DNA from: Candidatus Iainarchaeum sp.
GTDB taxonomy: Archaea > Iainarchaeota > Iainarchaeia > Iainarchaeales > JAGVWC01
Direction of reading: 5' to 3'
Length of the DNA: 64,000 nt
Assembly (NCBI GenBank): GCA_018304465.1
Contig: JAGVWC010000008.1
Span: 64,001-128,000 of the forward strand
The notes beneath the pieces are model-generated. The model was not told the DNA's origin and ran no database searches. It saw only the letters and a list, made by a program, of their open reading frames with translations. Position numbers and translations under genes: made by a program. Positions 1-9,698 of the stretch are shown piece after piece (position 1 is the first letter of the stretch; every line of letters begins with the position of its first letter).

Positions 1-210
1 CCCGTCACCGTGGACGCAACCATCGCCACCATCCGATACCGATTCCACGGAACAACACTTGAAATCGAAGATCAAAACCACGTCATCAGCGCCACGTCAT
101 TCGAAATACTGGATGTGAACATCGGACAACGCGTCCGCATCACCGGAAAAATAAACAAAACCGGCGAACAACCCAAAATCGAAATCAAAACCGTGGTTCC
201 GCGTGATTGA
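1..210 (+). CDS. OB-fold-like protein, 5' partial
   Basis: Frame is open from base 1; 'VNIGQRVRITGKI' resembles OB-fold strands; overlaps the next start. Confidence 0.45.
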   Translation, partial: PVTVDATIATIRYRFHGTTLEIEDQNHVISATSFEILDVNIGQRVRITGKINKTGEQPKIEIKTVVPRD

Positions 211-1384
211 AGAAATCGCCGGCCTCATACTCGGCCTTGGAAGCGGCCTTTTGAGCGGATTATTTCCCGGAATTCACTTAAACACCATCAGCCAATGGAT
301 CGTCCGATTGGAACCGTCTTCTGAACTGGCCGCGGTTTTTTTCATCGTGGCCATGAACACCATGCACACCTACTGTGACTTCATTCCGAGCATTCTGCTT
401 GGGGCACCGAACGAATCCAATTATTTGACCGCGCTGCCCGGCCACAAATTGTTCCTGCGCGGAAAAGCACTCGACGCCATCGAAGACAGCATCACAGGCG
501 CCTTGATCGGAACCGGAATCGCGATTTTGTTCATCCCGGTTTTTTTACAAATCACCGAACAAACCAAAACAATGCTGCCCAAACTCATTCCGATCGTTTT
601 GATCCTGACGACCATTGGAATGATCCACAGCGAAAAAACAACCGGCCGAAAAATTGCCGCGGTGCTGGTCACGATTCTTTCCGCAACACTCGGAGAACTC
701 GCATTACACGGGTACTCCGACGCTTTGTTCCCCTTGGTCACGGGTTTTTTCGGGATCTCGACGTTATCGCTTTCGTATTTTGAAACCCACCAACCCAAAC
801 CCCAACGCCTTCGCACCACCCCAATGCCGATTGGAAAACTTTTTTTTCCCGCGGTGCTTGGAAGCCTCGGTGGAAGCCTCGTCAGTTTGTTTCCCGCGAT
901 TGGACCCAGCCAAGCCGCTTTTACCGTCAGCCGCCTGAAAAAAACCTCGACGCGCCAATTCTTGGTGTTGCTTTCAAGTCTTTCCAGCGCCTCGATGATT
1001 TACTCGTTTGTCGCGCTTTTTGCGCTCAACAAAGCCCGCACCGGCTCCGCGGCCGCGCTTCAAAGCATCACGACTTTTTCCCTTTTCGAATTTGAAACCA
1101 GCATTGGAATCATCCTGCTGTGCACCGGAATTGCTGGAATCACTTCGCTTTTTTTATCCCGACGACTTTTATCCCTCATTCAATCCACGGATTTTCGAAG
1201 CATCACCCTTGGAACCATCGGACTGTTGCTGTTGCTCGTTTTTTGGTGGCACGGATGGAACGGACTACTCTTGTGCCTGACCGCAACCAGCATCGGAATC
1301 CTGTGTCCCAGACTCCACATAAAACGCAGCCACTGCATGGCGTTCCTGGTTCTTCCCACACTACTGTATTATATCCGTTTTTGA
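203..1384 (+). CDS. TctA/DUF112-family multi-pass membrane protein
   Basis: GLFPGIHLN, DFIPSILLGAP and LPGHKL motifs; many TM segments. Confidence 0.8.
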   Translation: MIEEIAGLILGLGSGLLSGLFPGIHLNTISQWIVRLEPSSELAAVFFIVAMNTMHTYCDFIPSILLGAPNESNYLTALPGHKLFLRGKALDAIEDSITGALIGTGIAILFIPVFLQITEQTKTMLPKLIPIVLILTTIGMIHSEKTTGRKIAAVLVTILSATLGELALHGYSDALFPLVTGFFGISTLSLSYFETHQPKPQRLRTTPMPIGKLFFPAVLGSLGGSLVSLFPAIGPSQAAFTVSRLKKTSTRQFLVLLSSLSSASMIYSFVALFALNKARTGSAAALQSITTFSLFEFETSIGIILLCTGIAGITSLFLSRRLLSLIQSTDFRSITLGTIGLLLLLVFWWHGWNGLLLCLTATSIGILCPRLHIKRSHCMAFLVLPTLLYYIRF

Positions 1385-1400
1385 GTCCCTTCGATATACC

Positions 1401-1787
1401 ATGGCCTGGAAAATAAAACACACAGTGGTTCACGCCATTTTAGAATCCGCCAAACACACTTACCCCGACGAATTCATCGCGCTCTTGGGCGGAAACAACA
1501 AAGAACAAACCATCACCGAACTCGTGATTTTACCCGCGATTTTCGGAAGCGAACACGCCGAGCTTCGAACCGACTTGCTGCCCTTTAACGCCAACACGGT
1601 CGGAAGCATTCACTCGCATCCCGGTTACTCCAACCGGCCTTCTCCCGAAGACCTCGACACCTTTGCCGAACTCGGACCGATTCACCTGATCGTATGCGAA
1701 CCGTTTACCGAACACAACATGGCGGCATATGACCAAAACGGGCGCAAAATCCAGCTGCAAATCGTTTCCGAAATCCAGCAAAAATAA
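1401..1787 (+). CDS. JAB/MPN (Mov34) metalloprotease
   Basis: YPDE...HSHP...PS..D JAMM motif. Confidence 0.9.
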   Translation: MAWKIKHTVVHAILESAKHTYPDEFIALLGGNNKEQTITELVILPAIFGSEHAELRTDLLPFNANTVGSIHSHPGYSNRPSPEDLDTFAELGPIHLIVCEPFTEHNMAAYDQNGRKIQLQIVSEIQQK

Positions 1788-1822
1788 GTATTTATACCCG
1801 AAACGCCTATCTACTCCTTAGA

Positions 1823-2272
1823 ATGAGAGGACAGATTTCCCTTGAACTGATTTTGGCGCTCATTGTCGTGCTCGTCACGATATCCGTATTCACGGGATTC
1901 AACGACATCATCGGCCAAAGCCAAAACAACCTCTCGCTCCAAAACCAAGGAAAACTCGCGGTGATCCGGCTTCGAAGCGAACTCGCGCAACTGGCTGTTT
2001 ACAGCGATCAAACCACCCTCCGCGTAACGCTTACCACCGAAATACCCAAAAACCAGTTTCCAAAACCCGCGGACAGCTGCTCGATCATCATCGATCAACC
2101 CAACCAAAAAATCACGTTTATTTTCGAAAACAAAGCCGTCACGCCTTGCAACATAAACGACCCCAAACAATGCACCCGCATTCAAATCGAAAAACCCGCC
2201 GTGATCTCCGCCGGATACACGATTCCAAACAGCATCAATTGCGGCGAAAACATCGTGATCGACAAGGTATAA
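1823..2272 (+). CDS. Pilin-like protein with class III signal peptide
   Basis: MRG|QISLE followed by a hydrophobic helix. Confidence 0.75.
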   Translation: MRGQISLELILALIVVLVTISVFTGFNDIIGQSQNNLSLQNQGKLAVIRLRSELAQLAVYSDQTTLRVTLTTEIPKNQFPKPADSCSIIIDQPNQKITFIFENKAVTPCNINDPKQCTRIQIEKPAVISAGYTIPNSINCGENIVIDKV

Positions 2273-2276
2273 CCCT

Positions 2277-2765
2277 ATGACCAAAGGACAACTCTTTTCC
2301 ATTGATTTTTTGCTGGCCACCGCGCTCTTGATGCTCGCCATCGGCGCCCAACTCAAACTGGTTCAAATCCAAACCGTGGACCAACAAGAATACATCAACC
2401 AAATCGAACTCGAAGCCGTCGGACAAACCGCCGCGACGCTGTTCTTAACCAACCCCGCGGTCACTTGTCCCATCACCACAAGTACCGGAACCACACTTTT
2501 CCACCTCAACGGATGCGTGATCACACCCCATGTGCCGACCTCGACGGAACTCGGAATTCCCGCGGGCTACGGGTTTAACATCCAAGGACCCACCGGATAC
2601 GTTCAAGGCACCGCCATTCCTTCCGACCGACCGATCTACACCACCCAAGTGGACGCCATTTCCAACGCGGCCGCACAAATGCCCAAACTCCAATTAGACG
2701 GATGTTTAACCAACGGATGCGCGGCCATTCGATCAACATTTACCCTCACGGTGTGGAAAACATGA
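2277..2765 (+). CDS. Pilin-like protein with class III signal peptide
   Basis: MTKG|QLFSIDF plus hydrophobic helix; paired Cys. Confidence 0.7.
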   Translation: MTKGQLFSIDFLLATALLMLAIGAQLKLVQIQTVDQQEYINQIELEAVGQTAATLFLTNPAVTCPITTSTGTTLFHLNGCVITPHVPTSTELGIPAGYGFNIQGPTGYVQGTAIPSDRPIYTTQVDAISNAAAQMPKLQLDGCLTNGCAAIRSTFTLTVWKT

Positions 2766-3049
2766 AACAACCCAAAGGATTCATTTTCACGATTGACGCG
2801 CTCATCGGCATCGCGGCCATTCTCGCGCTCATCGCATTGGCGGCGATCGCATACCCCGCCCAAAGCCCGCGCGAAGAAAAAAACTGGTATCACGCCCAAA
2901 TCCTTTTCAAAACCCACCAACAATTCCTCACCAACCCGACCGCTGTCACCCACGCGGTTCCCAGCGTCGACAATTATTTTTGTCAAAACTACGTGCGATG
3001 GACCCCCACGGCATATACTCCGATTCGATTCTGTCAGGCGACGCCATGA
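2762..3049 (+). CDS. Pilin-like protein with class III signal peptide
   Basis: Start re-called at ATG 2762 (ATGA overlap); MKQPKG|FIFTIDA plus hydrophobic helix. Confidence 0.7.
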   Translation: MKQPKGFIFTIDALIGIAAILALIALAAIAYPAQSPREEKNWYHAQILFKTHQQFLTNPTAVTHAVPSVDNYFCQNYVRWTPTAYTPIRFCQATP

Positions 3050-3564
3050 ACCAAAAAGGATTGCTCACGGAAACCATTGCGGTACTCGGCATCCTGCTGC
3101 TTGCCATCACGATCGCGCAACAACCTATTCAATCCATCGAAAAAGATTCCTTATCGCGCCACAACACCCAAGGAATCCAAACCATTTTGCTTCAAGACAA
3201 CATCCGCGCGGTGTTGGACAAAGCCACCACCATGGGACTTGCCACCAACGCGCAGGCCAACGGATGCGCCATCAATTCCGCGACACTGGCAACAGACGTG
3301 CTCAACGCGTTCCAGACGGCCAAAGCACCGTACAATCTTCCGTCGTGCGGCTACGCCAATGTCAACGTGCAATACAACGACGGAACAGGCGTCGGAACCG
3401 TTCAATTCGATTTGTTCTGCGCTTCCACGTACCAAAGCCTCGTGAAACGCACCGAAAACCAAAAACGATTCAGCCGCACGAGCATCACGCCCTGCGTCTT
3501 TTCGATCATTGACAATTATTCCAACCAAGCCGATCTTGCCTGCAACGCGAGCAATTGCAGTTAA
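3046..3564 (+). CDS. Pilin-like protein with class III signal peptide
   Basis: Start re-called at ATG 3046 (ATGA overlap); MNQKG|LLTET plus hydrophobic helix; 6 Cys. Confidence 0.65.
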   Translation: MNQKGLLTETIAVLGILLLAITIAQQPIQSIEKDSLSRHNTQGIQTILLQDNIRAVLDKATTMGLATNAQANGCAINSATLATDVLNAFQTAKAPYNLPSCGYANVNVQYNDGTGVGTVQFDLFCASTYQSLVKRTENQKRFSRTSITPCVFSIIDNYSNQADLACNASNCS

Positions 3565-3629
3565 GCCTTTTCCCTAATCAAAAAAAAGATCCTATATAAA
3601 TTGCCACCAACAGTTATTGTGGTGACCAC

Positions 3630-3839
3630 TTGAAAACAACCGCCAAACTCGCGCTCATGATCGGCGCCATTCTTCTGATCGGATTCATCGTACTGGCCTA
3701 CGACACCCAAATGGATTATGCCCAACAAGGCCAAACCCCGCTTTCCGAGCACCCGAATGCACGACTAGCATCAACCTCCTTCCAAAGCACCTCATTAGAA
3801 CCCGCCTCCATCAAAGTCCAAAACGTCCTCCTGCCGTAA
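3630..3839 (+). CDS. Small membrane-anchored hypothetical protein
   Basis: GGTGA SD-like motif upstream; N-terminal TM helix. Confidence 0.5.
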   Translation: MKTTAKLALMIGAILLIGFIVLAYDTQMDYAQQGQTPLSEHPNARLASTSFQSTSLEPASIKVQNVLLP

Positions 3840-3906
3840 CGGCAGGGGGGCCACCCCTTTAATTCCAAAACTGGCTTTTAACCTTTTCCCTTGACTGATT
3901 TCCTAT

Positions 3907-5694
3907 ATGTATACCGAGGCCAAAAAACGCATCGCCGTCATTGACTACGACCAATGCCACCCGCGCAAATGCGGCGGATGGTACTGCGAACAAGTATGTC
4001 CCGTGAACCGGTCCGGTACCGAATGCATCGTCCACGAAGACGAAAAACAACCCAACATCATCGAAGAAACCTGCATCGGATGCCTCATTTGCGTAAAAAA
4101 ATGTCCGTTTGACGCGATATCCGTCGTCAACCTATCCATCGATCCCGGCGATCCGCTGCACCAGTTTGACAAAAACCAATTCCGGTTACACGGATTCCCG
4201 CTTCCGCGAAACAACGAAGTGGTCGGAATCATCGGACAAAACGGCATCGGAAAAACCACCGCGCTCAAAATACTCTCCGGACGACTAGTTCCAAACCTCG
4301 GAAAATACGACCAACCCGCCACCTGGGACGCGGTCGCCGAAAAATACCGGGGAAAAGAAGCGTTCGCCATTTTTGACCAATTGCACCAAAACAAATTATC
4401 AGTCGCCTTCAAACCCCAACAAGTCGACAAGTTACCCCAATCCGAAAAAGGAAAAGTCAAAGAACTTCTTTCGAAAGTCGACGAAACCAACGGCTATGAC
4501 GCCGTCATCCAAACACTGGGCCTTGAAAACATTCTGGAACGCACCTTAGATCAATTATCCGGCGGAGAACTCCAAAAAATCGCGATCGCGGCCACCGCGC
4601 TTCGAAACGCCGACGTCTACTTTTTTGACGAACCCTCGAGTTTTCTCGACATATCCCAACGCATGGGAATCGCGCAATTCATCCGAAACCTCGCCCAAAC
4701 CGGAAAAAGCGTCATCGTGGTTGAACACGACTTGATTCTGTTGGACTACTTGTCCGACAAAGTGCACTTAATGTACGGAAAACCGTCGGTATTTGGAATC
4801 GTATCCCAAATCAAAAACAGCCGCGAAGGCATCAACGAATACCTCGAAGGATACTCGCGCGAAGAAAACTATCGTTTTCGCGATCACTCCATCGAATTCT
4901 TCGGAAAAAGCGCCAAAAACGACAAAACCGCAAAACCCCTTTTTTCGTATCCCGCACTGAAAAAAACACTCGGAGCATTCTCCTTGGACATCGAAGCGGG
5001 AAGCCTCAACCGTCACGAAGTCATCGGAGTACTCGGACCCAATGGCATCGGAAAAACCACGTTCGTCAAAATACTCGCGGGACAACTGGACGCCGACAAC
5101 CAAAAACTCGAACAGAAACTATCCATCGCGTACAAACCCCAGTACATCCAGCCGCCCGAAGAAGAACAAACCGTCGAAGAACTCATATCCAAAGAAACCA
5201 AAGGCGCAGACCTTGAAACCCTCAAACGCACCTTGTTCGGACCCCTCGACGTACTCGGGCTCTGGCCCAAAAACGTAAACCACTTATCCGGCGGAGAACT
5301 CCAACGATTGGCCATCGGACTCACCTTGGCCAAAGACAGCCAACTGATTCTGTTAGACGAACCCAGCGCCTACCTGGATGTGGAACAACGCATCAAAATC
5401 GCAAAAACCATCCGCAGCACCACCGAACAAAGCGGAAAAACATGCCTGGTTGTCGACCACGACCTCATGTTCATCGACTACTTAAGCGACCGCCTCATGG
5501 TGTTTGACGGAACCCCCGCGGTTCACGGAACCTGCCGCGGACCCTTTACCATGGAAGCGGGAATGAACAAACTCCTGTCCAAAATGCAGATCACATTGCG
5601 GCGCGACCACGCCACAAGACGCCCCCGCATCAACAAACACGGAAGCCAACTGGATTCCGAGCAAAAACAAAGCGGAAAATATTATTATACTTGA
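3907..5694 (+). CDS. rli: Ribosome recycling ATPase ABCE1/RLI
   Basis: N-terminal Fe-S Cys clusters, two ABC domains (GxNGIGKTT, LSGGELQ), C-terminal GKYYY. Confidence 0.97.
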   Translation: MYTEAKKRIAVIDYDQCHPRKCGGWYCEQVCPVNRSGTECIVHEDEKQPNIIEETCIGCLICVKKCPFDAISVVNLSIDPGDPLHQFDKNQFRLHGFPLPRNNEVVGIIGQNGIGKTTALKILSGRLVPNLGKYDQPATWDAVAEKYRGKEAFAIFDQLHQNKLSVAFKPQQVDKLPQSEKGKVKELLSKVDETNGYDAVIQTLGLENILERTLDQLSGGELQKIAIAATALRNADVYFFDEPSSFLDISQRMGIAQFIRNLAQTGKSVIVVEHDLILLDYLSDKVHLMYGKPSVFGIVSQIKNSREGINEYLEGYSREENYRFRDHSIEFFGKSAKNDKTAKPLFSYPALKKTLGAFSLDIEAGSLNRHEVIGVLGPNGIGKTTFVKILAGQLDADNQKLEQKLSIAYKPQYIQPPEEEQTVEELISKETKGADLETLKRTLFGPLDVLGLWPKNVNHLSGGELQRLAIGLTLAKDSQLILLDEPSAYLDVEQRIKIAKTIRSTTEQSGKTCLVVDHDLMFIDYLSDRLMVFDGTPAVHGTCRGPFTMEAGMNKLLSKMQITLRRDHATRRPRINKHGSQLDSEQKQSGKYYYT

Positions 5695-5717
5695 ATCCCC
5701 ATTGCATAGCGGTCGCC

Positions 5718-6767
5718 ATGAAAATCAAAAGTATCAATCCCAAAGAACACTACCTCAAAGTCGTTCCCGAAATACTCGATGATTTATGGCATTTGGAACA
5801 AGTCATCGAAGAAGGCGACATCGTCTCCGGAATCACCGATCGAAAAATCAAAGGCCGCGACGACAATCAAAAAAGCCAACGCGTCACCTTGTACGTTTCC
5901 ATCATGGTCGAAACCGCCGCGTTCCAAGAATACTCCGGCGTCCTCAAAGTCAACGGAACCGTCACCGAATCCAAACCCGAAGAACTCGCCCCCCTCAAAA
6001 GCCACCAATCCATCGATTTTGAACCCGCAAAAGAAATTCGAATCCAAAAAAAAGAATGGAAAAACTATCAAATCGAACGATTGAAAAAAGCCGAAAAAGC
6101 CACGACCAAACTCGCGACACTTTTGGTCGTGTTTGACGACGAAACCGCGACGTTTGGACTGCTCAAAGAATTCGACGTCCAAGCCGCAGGAAGCATCAGC
6201 GGCCGAAAAATCGGAAAACACTTCATTGAAAAAGACGATTCCAAAACCAGTTACTTTAACGACATCATTCAAAAAACAAAAGAAATGAAACCCGAATCCA
6301 TCGTGTTTGCCGGACCGGGTTTCACCAAAGAAGAATTCCAAAAATACTTAAAAGAAAAAAACCAAAAACTCGCCAACCAAGTGTATTTTGAAACCACCAA
6401 TCAAACCGGAGTCACGGGATTATCCGAACTCGTCAAAAGCGGCACCCTCGAAAAACTCGTGCACGAAGCCCAAATTCTCCAAGACACCCAAACCGTGGAA
6501 AGATTCCTCACCGAAATCGGACGCCAATCCGGCCTCGCCGAATACGGATTCGAACACGTCCAAAACGCGGTAAACGAAGGATCCGTATCCGAATTACTCC
6601 TGGTGGACTCCGAGCTAGCCAGCAAAAAAAAAGCCTTTGAAAACGTGATGAAAACCGCGGAAAACCTCGGCGCCAAAGTTCATTTGCTCCACGCCAAAAC
6701 CGATCCCGGAAAAAAAATACTCGGATTCGGCGGAATCGTCGCGTTACTGCGCTACAAACGCAGATAA
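5718..6767 (+). CDS. pelA: mRNA surveillance protein pelota
   Basis: DDLWHL, AGPGFTK and FGGIVALLRY motifs. Confidence 0.95.
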   Translation: MKIKSINPKEHYLKVVPEILDDLWHLEQVIEEGDIVSGITDRKIKGRDDNQKSQRVTLYVSIMVETAAFQEYSGVLKVNGTVTESKPEELAPLKSHQSIDFEPAKEIRIQKKEWKNYQIERLKKAEKATTKLATLLVVFDDETATFGLLKEFDVQAAGSISGRKIGKHFIEKDDSKTSYFNDIIQKTKEMKPESIVFAGPGFTKEEFQKYLKEKNQKLANQVYFETTNQTGVTGLSELVKSGTLEKLVHEAQILQDTQTVERFLTEIGRQSGLAEYGFEHVQNAVNEGSVSELLLVDSELASKKKAFENVMKTAENLGAKVHLLHAKTDPGKKILGFGGIVALLRYKRR

Positions 6768-6809
6768 ACACGAGCTATTTTTAACCAGTTCCAAAAACAA
6801 AAAGCGAAT

Positions 6810-8360
6810 ATGGGCTTTGAAGTGCACGAAGAATGCGGAATCGCCGCAGTCGCGCTGTTAAAACCCGCGGCCACCCACGCACCGCAACAACTCTTCAATC
6901 TCCTGCTGCAAATGCAAAACCGCGGACAACTCTCCGCCGGAATCACGACCTATAACCCCAAACGCCTACGCTTGCTTGAAACCCACCGCGGACTCGGACT
7001 GGTCAAAGAAGCGTTTTCCACCGCAAACCCCCCCAAACACGATCACCTCATGCACCGCTTATCCGGAAACCGCGGCATCGGACACGTGCGATACTCCACT
7101 TTCGGAAGCGACAACGCCCTGTACGCGCAACCATTCGAACGATTCCACGGCCGCACCTGGAAATGGTTCTCATTTGCGTTTAACGGAAACCTCGCTAATT
7201 ACTGGGATTTACGCGCGGAACTCGAACAAAAAAAATACCATTTCCAGCTCGAAAGCGACACCGAAGTCATGATGCACCATCTTGCGTTTCAAAACCGCGG
7301 AGACACCAAACCCGACGTCGTGGACGCGTTCAAAGGAATCGCCGAAAAATTCGACGGCGCATACAACATTGTTTACCAAAACGCGGACGGCGAACTCGTC
7401 GCAAGCCGGGACCCGAACGGAATCAAACCGCTGTCGTTTGGACAAAACGAAACCCTTTTCGCGGCGGCAAGCGAAAGCGTCGCGCTTGAAAGCGCCGCAT
7501 TGGACGCGATCGAAAACATAAACCCCGGCGAACTCGTGCGCGTAACGCAAGATGGAACCGTAGAAAAAAAAAGATTCGCACCCAAAACCCAAAAAAAAGT
7601 ATGCATGTTCGAATTCGTGTATTTTTCACAATCCATGTCCAATATCGACGGCCGCAACGTGTACGAAAGCCGCTACGAGATGGGTCGTCAACTCGCCAAA
7701 AACGAACCCCTCACGTTCGGAGCCGACTGCGTCGTGGTGCCCGTGCCCGACACCGCCAAACCCGTCGCGGACGCCTACGGATTCGAACTGGGACTACCGG
7801 TATTGCAAGGACTCGTCAAAAACGATTACATCGGACGCACCTTTATCGAAAGTGCCGACCGCGACGCCAAAGTACTCGCCAAATTCGCGCTCAACAAACG
7901 CCTCATTGAAGGAAAAAAAGTGATTCTCGTGGAAGACAGCATCGTTCGCGGCACCACCACCAAAGCCATCGTGCGCATCCTAAAAACCCGCGGCAACGCA
8001 AAAGAAGTGCACGTGCGCAGCGCCTGCCCGCCCATCATCCACCCGTGCTTTTACGGCATTGATTTTTCCACCACGAAAGAACTCATTGCGGGACGACACC
8101 GCACAAACCCCGAATCCGTGGGAACCGGAATCACCGAAGCGGAAGAAAACGCAATCCAACACGAAATCGGAGGCGATTCCCTGCATTATCAATCAATCGA
8201 AGGACTTGGAAAAGCGATCGGATTCGAAGACGGAGCAAAAAGCCTGTGTACCGCTTGCCTAGACGGAAAATACCCCACTCCGTGCGGACAAAAATTACTG
8301 CAAATCGCAAACGACAAACACAACACGTCGCCGGCCCGCACGTACCAGCAACGCGGATAA
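6810..8360 (+). CDS. purF: Amidophosphoribosyltransferase
   Basis: HEECG (Ntn Cys), GHVRYST, VEDSIVRGTT PRPP motif, CFYGID, CTAC. Confidence 0.95.
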   Translation: MGFEVHEECGIAAVALLKPAATHAPQQLFNLLLQMQNRGQLSAGITTYNPKRLRLLETHRGLGLVKEAFSTANPPKHDHLMHRLSGNRGIGHVRYSTFGSDNALYAQPFERFHGRTWKWFSFAFNGNLANYWDLRAELEQKKYHFQLESDTEVMMHHLAFQNRGDTKPDVVDAFKGIAEKFDGAYNIVYQNADGELVASRDPNGIKPLSFGQNETLFAAASESVALESAALDAIENINPGELVRVTQDGTVEKKRFAPKTQKKVCMFEFVYFSQSMSNIDGRNVYESRYEMGRQLAKNEPLTFGADCVVVPVPDTAKPVADAYGFELGLPVLQGLVKNDYIGRTFIESADRDAKVLAKFALNKRLIEGKKVILVEDSIVRGTTTKAIVRILKTRGNAKEVHVRSACPPIIHPCFYGIDFSTTKELIAGRHRTNPESVGTGITEAEENAIQHEIGGDSLHYQSIEGLGKAIGFEDGAKSLCTACLDGKYPTPCGQKLLQIANDKHNTSPARTYQQRG

Positions 8361-8363
8361 ACA

Positions 8364-8732
8364 TTACTTGATTTTGAACTCAAGCCAATCGACTTTCTTG
8401 TCCAACACGAGTTTCTTGATCTTTTTCTGGTTTTCATTCAATTGGCTCTGACCGGTCTTGAATTCCACGAACACGATTTTGTTCTCGTCAAACGCGACCC
8501 CGTCAATCGGCGACCCTAAAAACCGAAACTGCTGGCGATCAAACGGAAACGCGTCCGAAAACGGAATCCACTGCTCCGTAAGTTTTCCGTATTTTACCGA
8601 CTGACTCGATTTCGAAAACTCAAGATCGACCAAGCGGCGCTGCAAACCCGAAGCACGCGAAAACAACCAAAACGCAAGCAAACCAAAACACGCCGCTGCA
8701 ATCGCCAACACAATCAATACAAAGTCCATCAA
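8364..8732 (-). CDS. Holliday-junction-resolvase-like endonuclease (Endonuc_Holl) with N-terminal TM
   Basis: G...EQ..PF, FRFLGSPID and FVEFKTG motifs. Confidence 0.85.
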   Translation of the reverse strand: MMDFVLIVLAIAAACFGLLAFWLFSRASGLQRRLVDLEFSKSSQSVKYGKLTEQWIPFSDAFPFDRQQFRFLGSPIDGVAFDENKIVFVEFKTGQSQLNENQKKIKKLVLDKKVDWLEFKIK

Positions 8733-8799
8733 AAAAAACTCCGCAAGAAATATAACGAACGAACTATTTATACCTTAGCGGAAACGGAATAGCTTCAGG

Positions 8800-9225
8800 T
8801 TATTTAAGGTTCAGAAAAAACGCAGCGTCCGCAAGGATTTTTTTATCCATATCCAGTATTCCAAGCCGCGCGGCTTGCGCGAAAGAAAACAGTTTCATCG
8901 CACGACCTTCTTTCTGATCAAACAAACGCATCGACGGAAGCGGCGCCAAAAAAACATGCGCGGTTACCTTTTGGCCGTTCGGAAGAACACCCGAAAACAT
9001 TCTAAAAAATTCAAAGTCGGTTAAATTAAACGAAAGCTCTTCTCGAATCTCCCGAACAATCGCCTGCATTGGAGATTCGCCTGTTTCGATCGCGCCCCCG
9101 AAAAAACCCCATTCTTCACCGCACTTGCTGATCCCGACACGGTCCTGAAGCAAAACCTGCTTGTCGGAAGAATAGAAAAGAATCGTCGCAACGAATCGGT
9201 CCGAAACAGCCGAAGACATGGTCAA
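8800..9225 (-). CDS. NUDIX hydrolase
   Basis: GGAIETGESPMQAIVREIREEL Nudix box. Confidence 0.9.
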   Translation of the reverse strand: MTMSSAVSDRFVATILFYSSDKQVLLQDRVGISKCGEEWGFFGGAIETGESPMQAIVREIREELSFNLTDFEFFRMFSGVLPNGQKVTAHVFLAPLPSMRLFDQKEGRAMKLFSFAQAARLGILDMDKKILADAAFFLNLK

Positions 9226-9569
9226 TAGTATTTGGTTCCTTGGCCCGTCAAAGAAACGATTTGGTATTCGCGACTGGATTCTTTTAACGCGACCAGCAAA
9301 GCCATGTGTTCTTTTCCGGAACCCGAAACCAACGAAACCGCCAATTCGCCGTCCGGCAACTTGTTTTTGATCGCGTCCTTGATGATTTCAAAACCCGCGC
9401 GCGTGTTCACGAACACCCATTCCACGGGTTTTTCAGGTTTGAAATTTTCTTTTCCGAATTCGGATGAGATCAATATGACGCGATCAAAGGACTCCTGAGA
9501 AATCAATCGGTTCACATGACCCCACGTTCCTTTTCCGACGCCTAAGCAAGCCACTAAGGATTTTCCCAT
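9222..9569 (-). CDS. Hypothetical protein, possible stand-alone CARF-like Rossmann domain
   Basis: LVACLG..., FDRVILI and VSLVSGSGKEHMA pattern. Confidence 0.55.
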   Translation of the reverse strand: MGKSLVACLGVGKGTWGHVNRLISQESFDRVILISSEFGKENFKPEKPVEWVFVNTRAGFEIIKDAIKNKLPDGELAVSLVSGSGKEHMALLVALKESSREYQIVSLTGQGTKYY

Positions 9570-9698
9570 TTCCTCAAACCCCAAAAAACAATGAATGATT
9601 AGTATATATTATATAATATAAATTTTCCGACAAACCATTTGCGTTGCCAGGACAAAAACAAGGAAACAAAAACAAGCGGATTTTGACCAAAACGCCCA

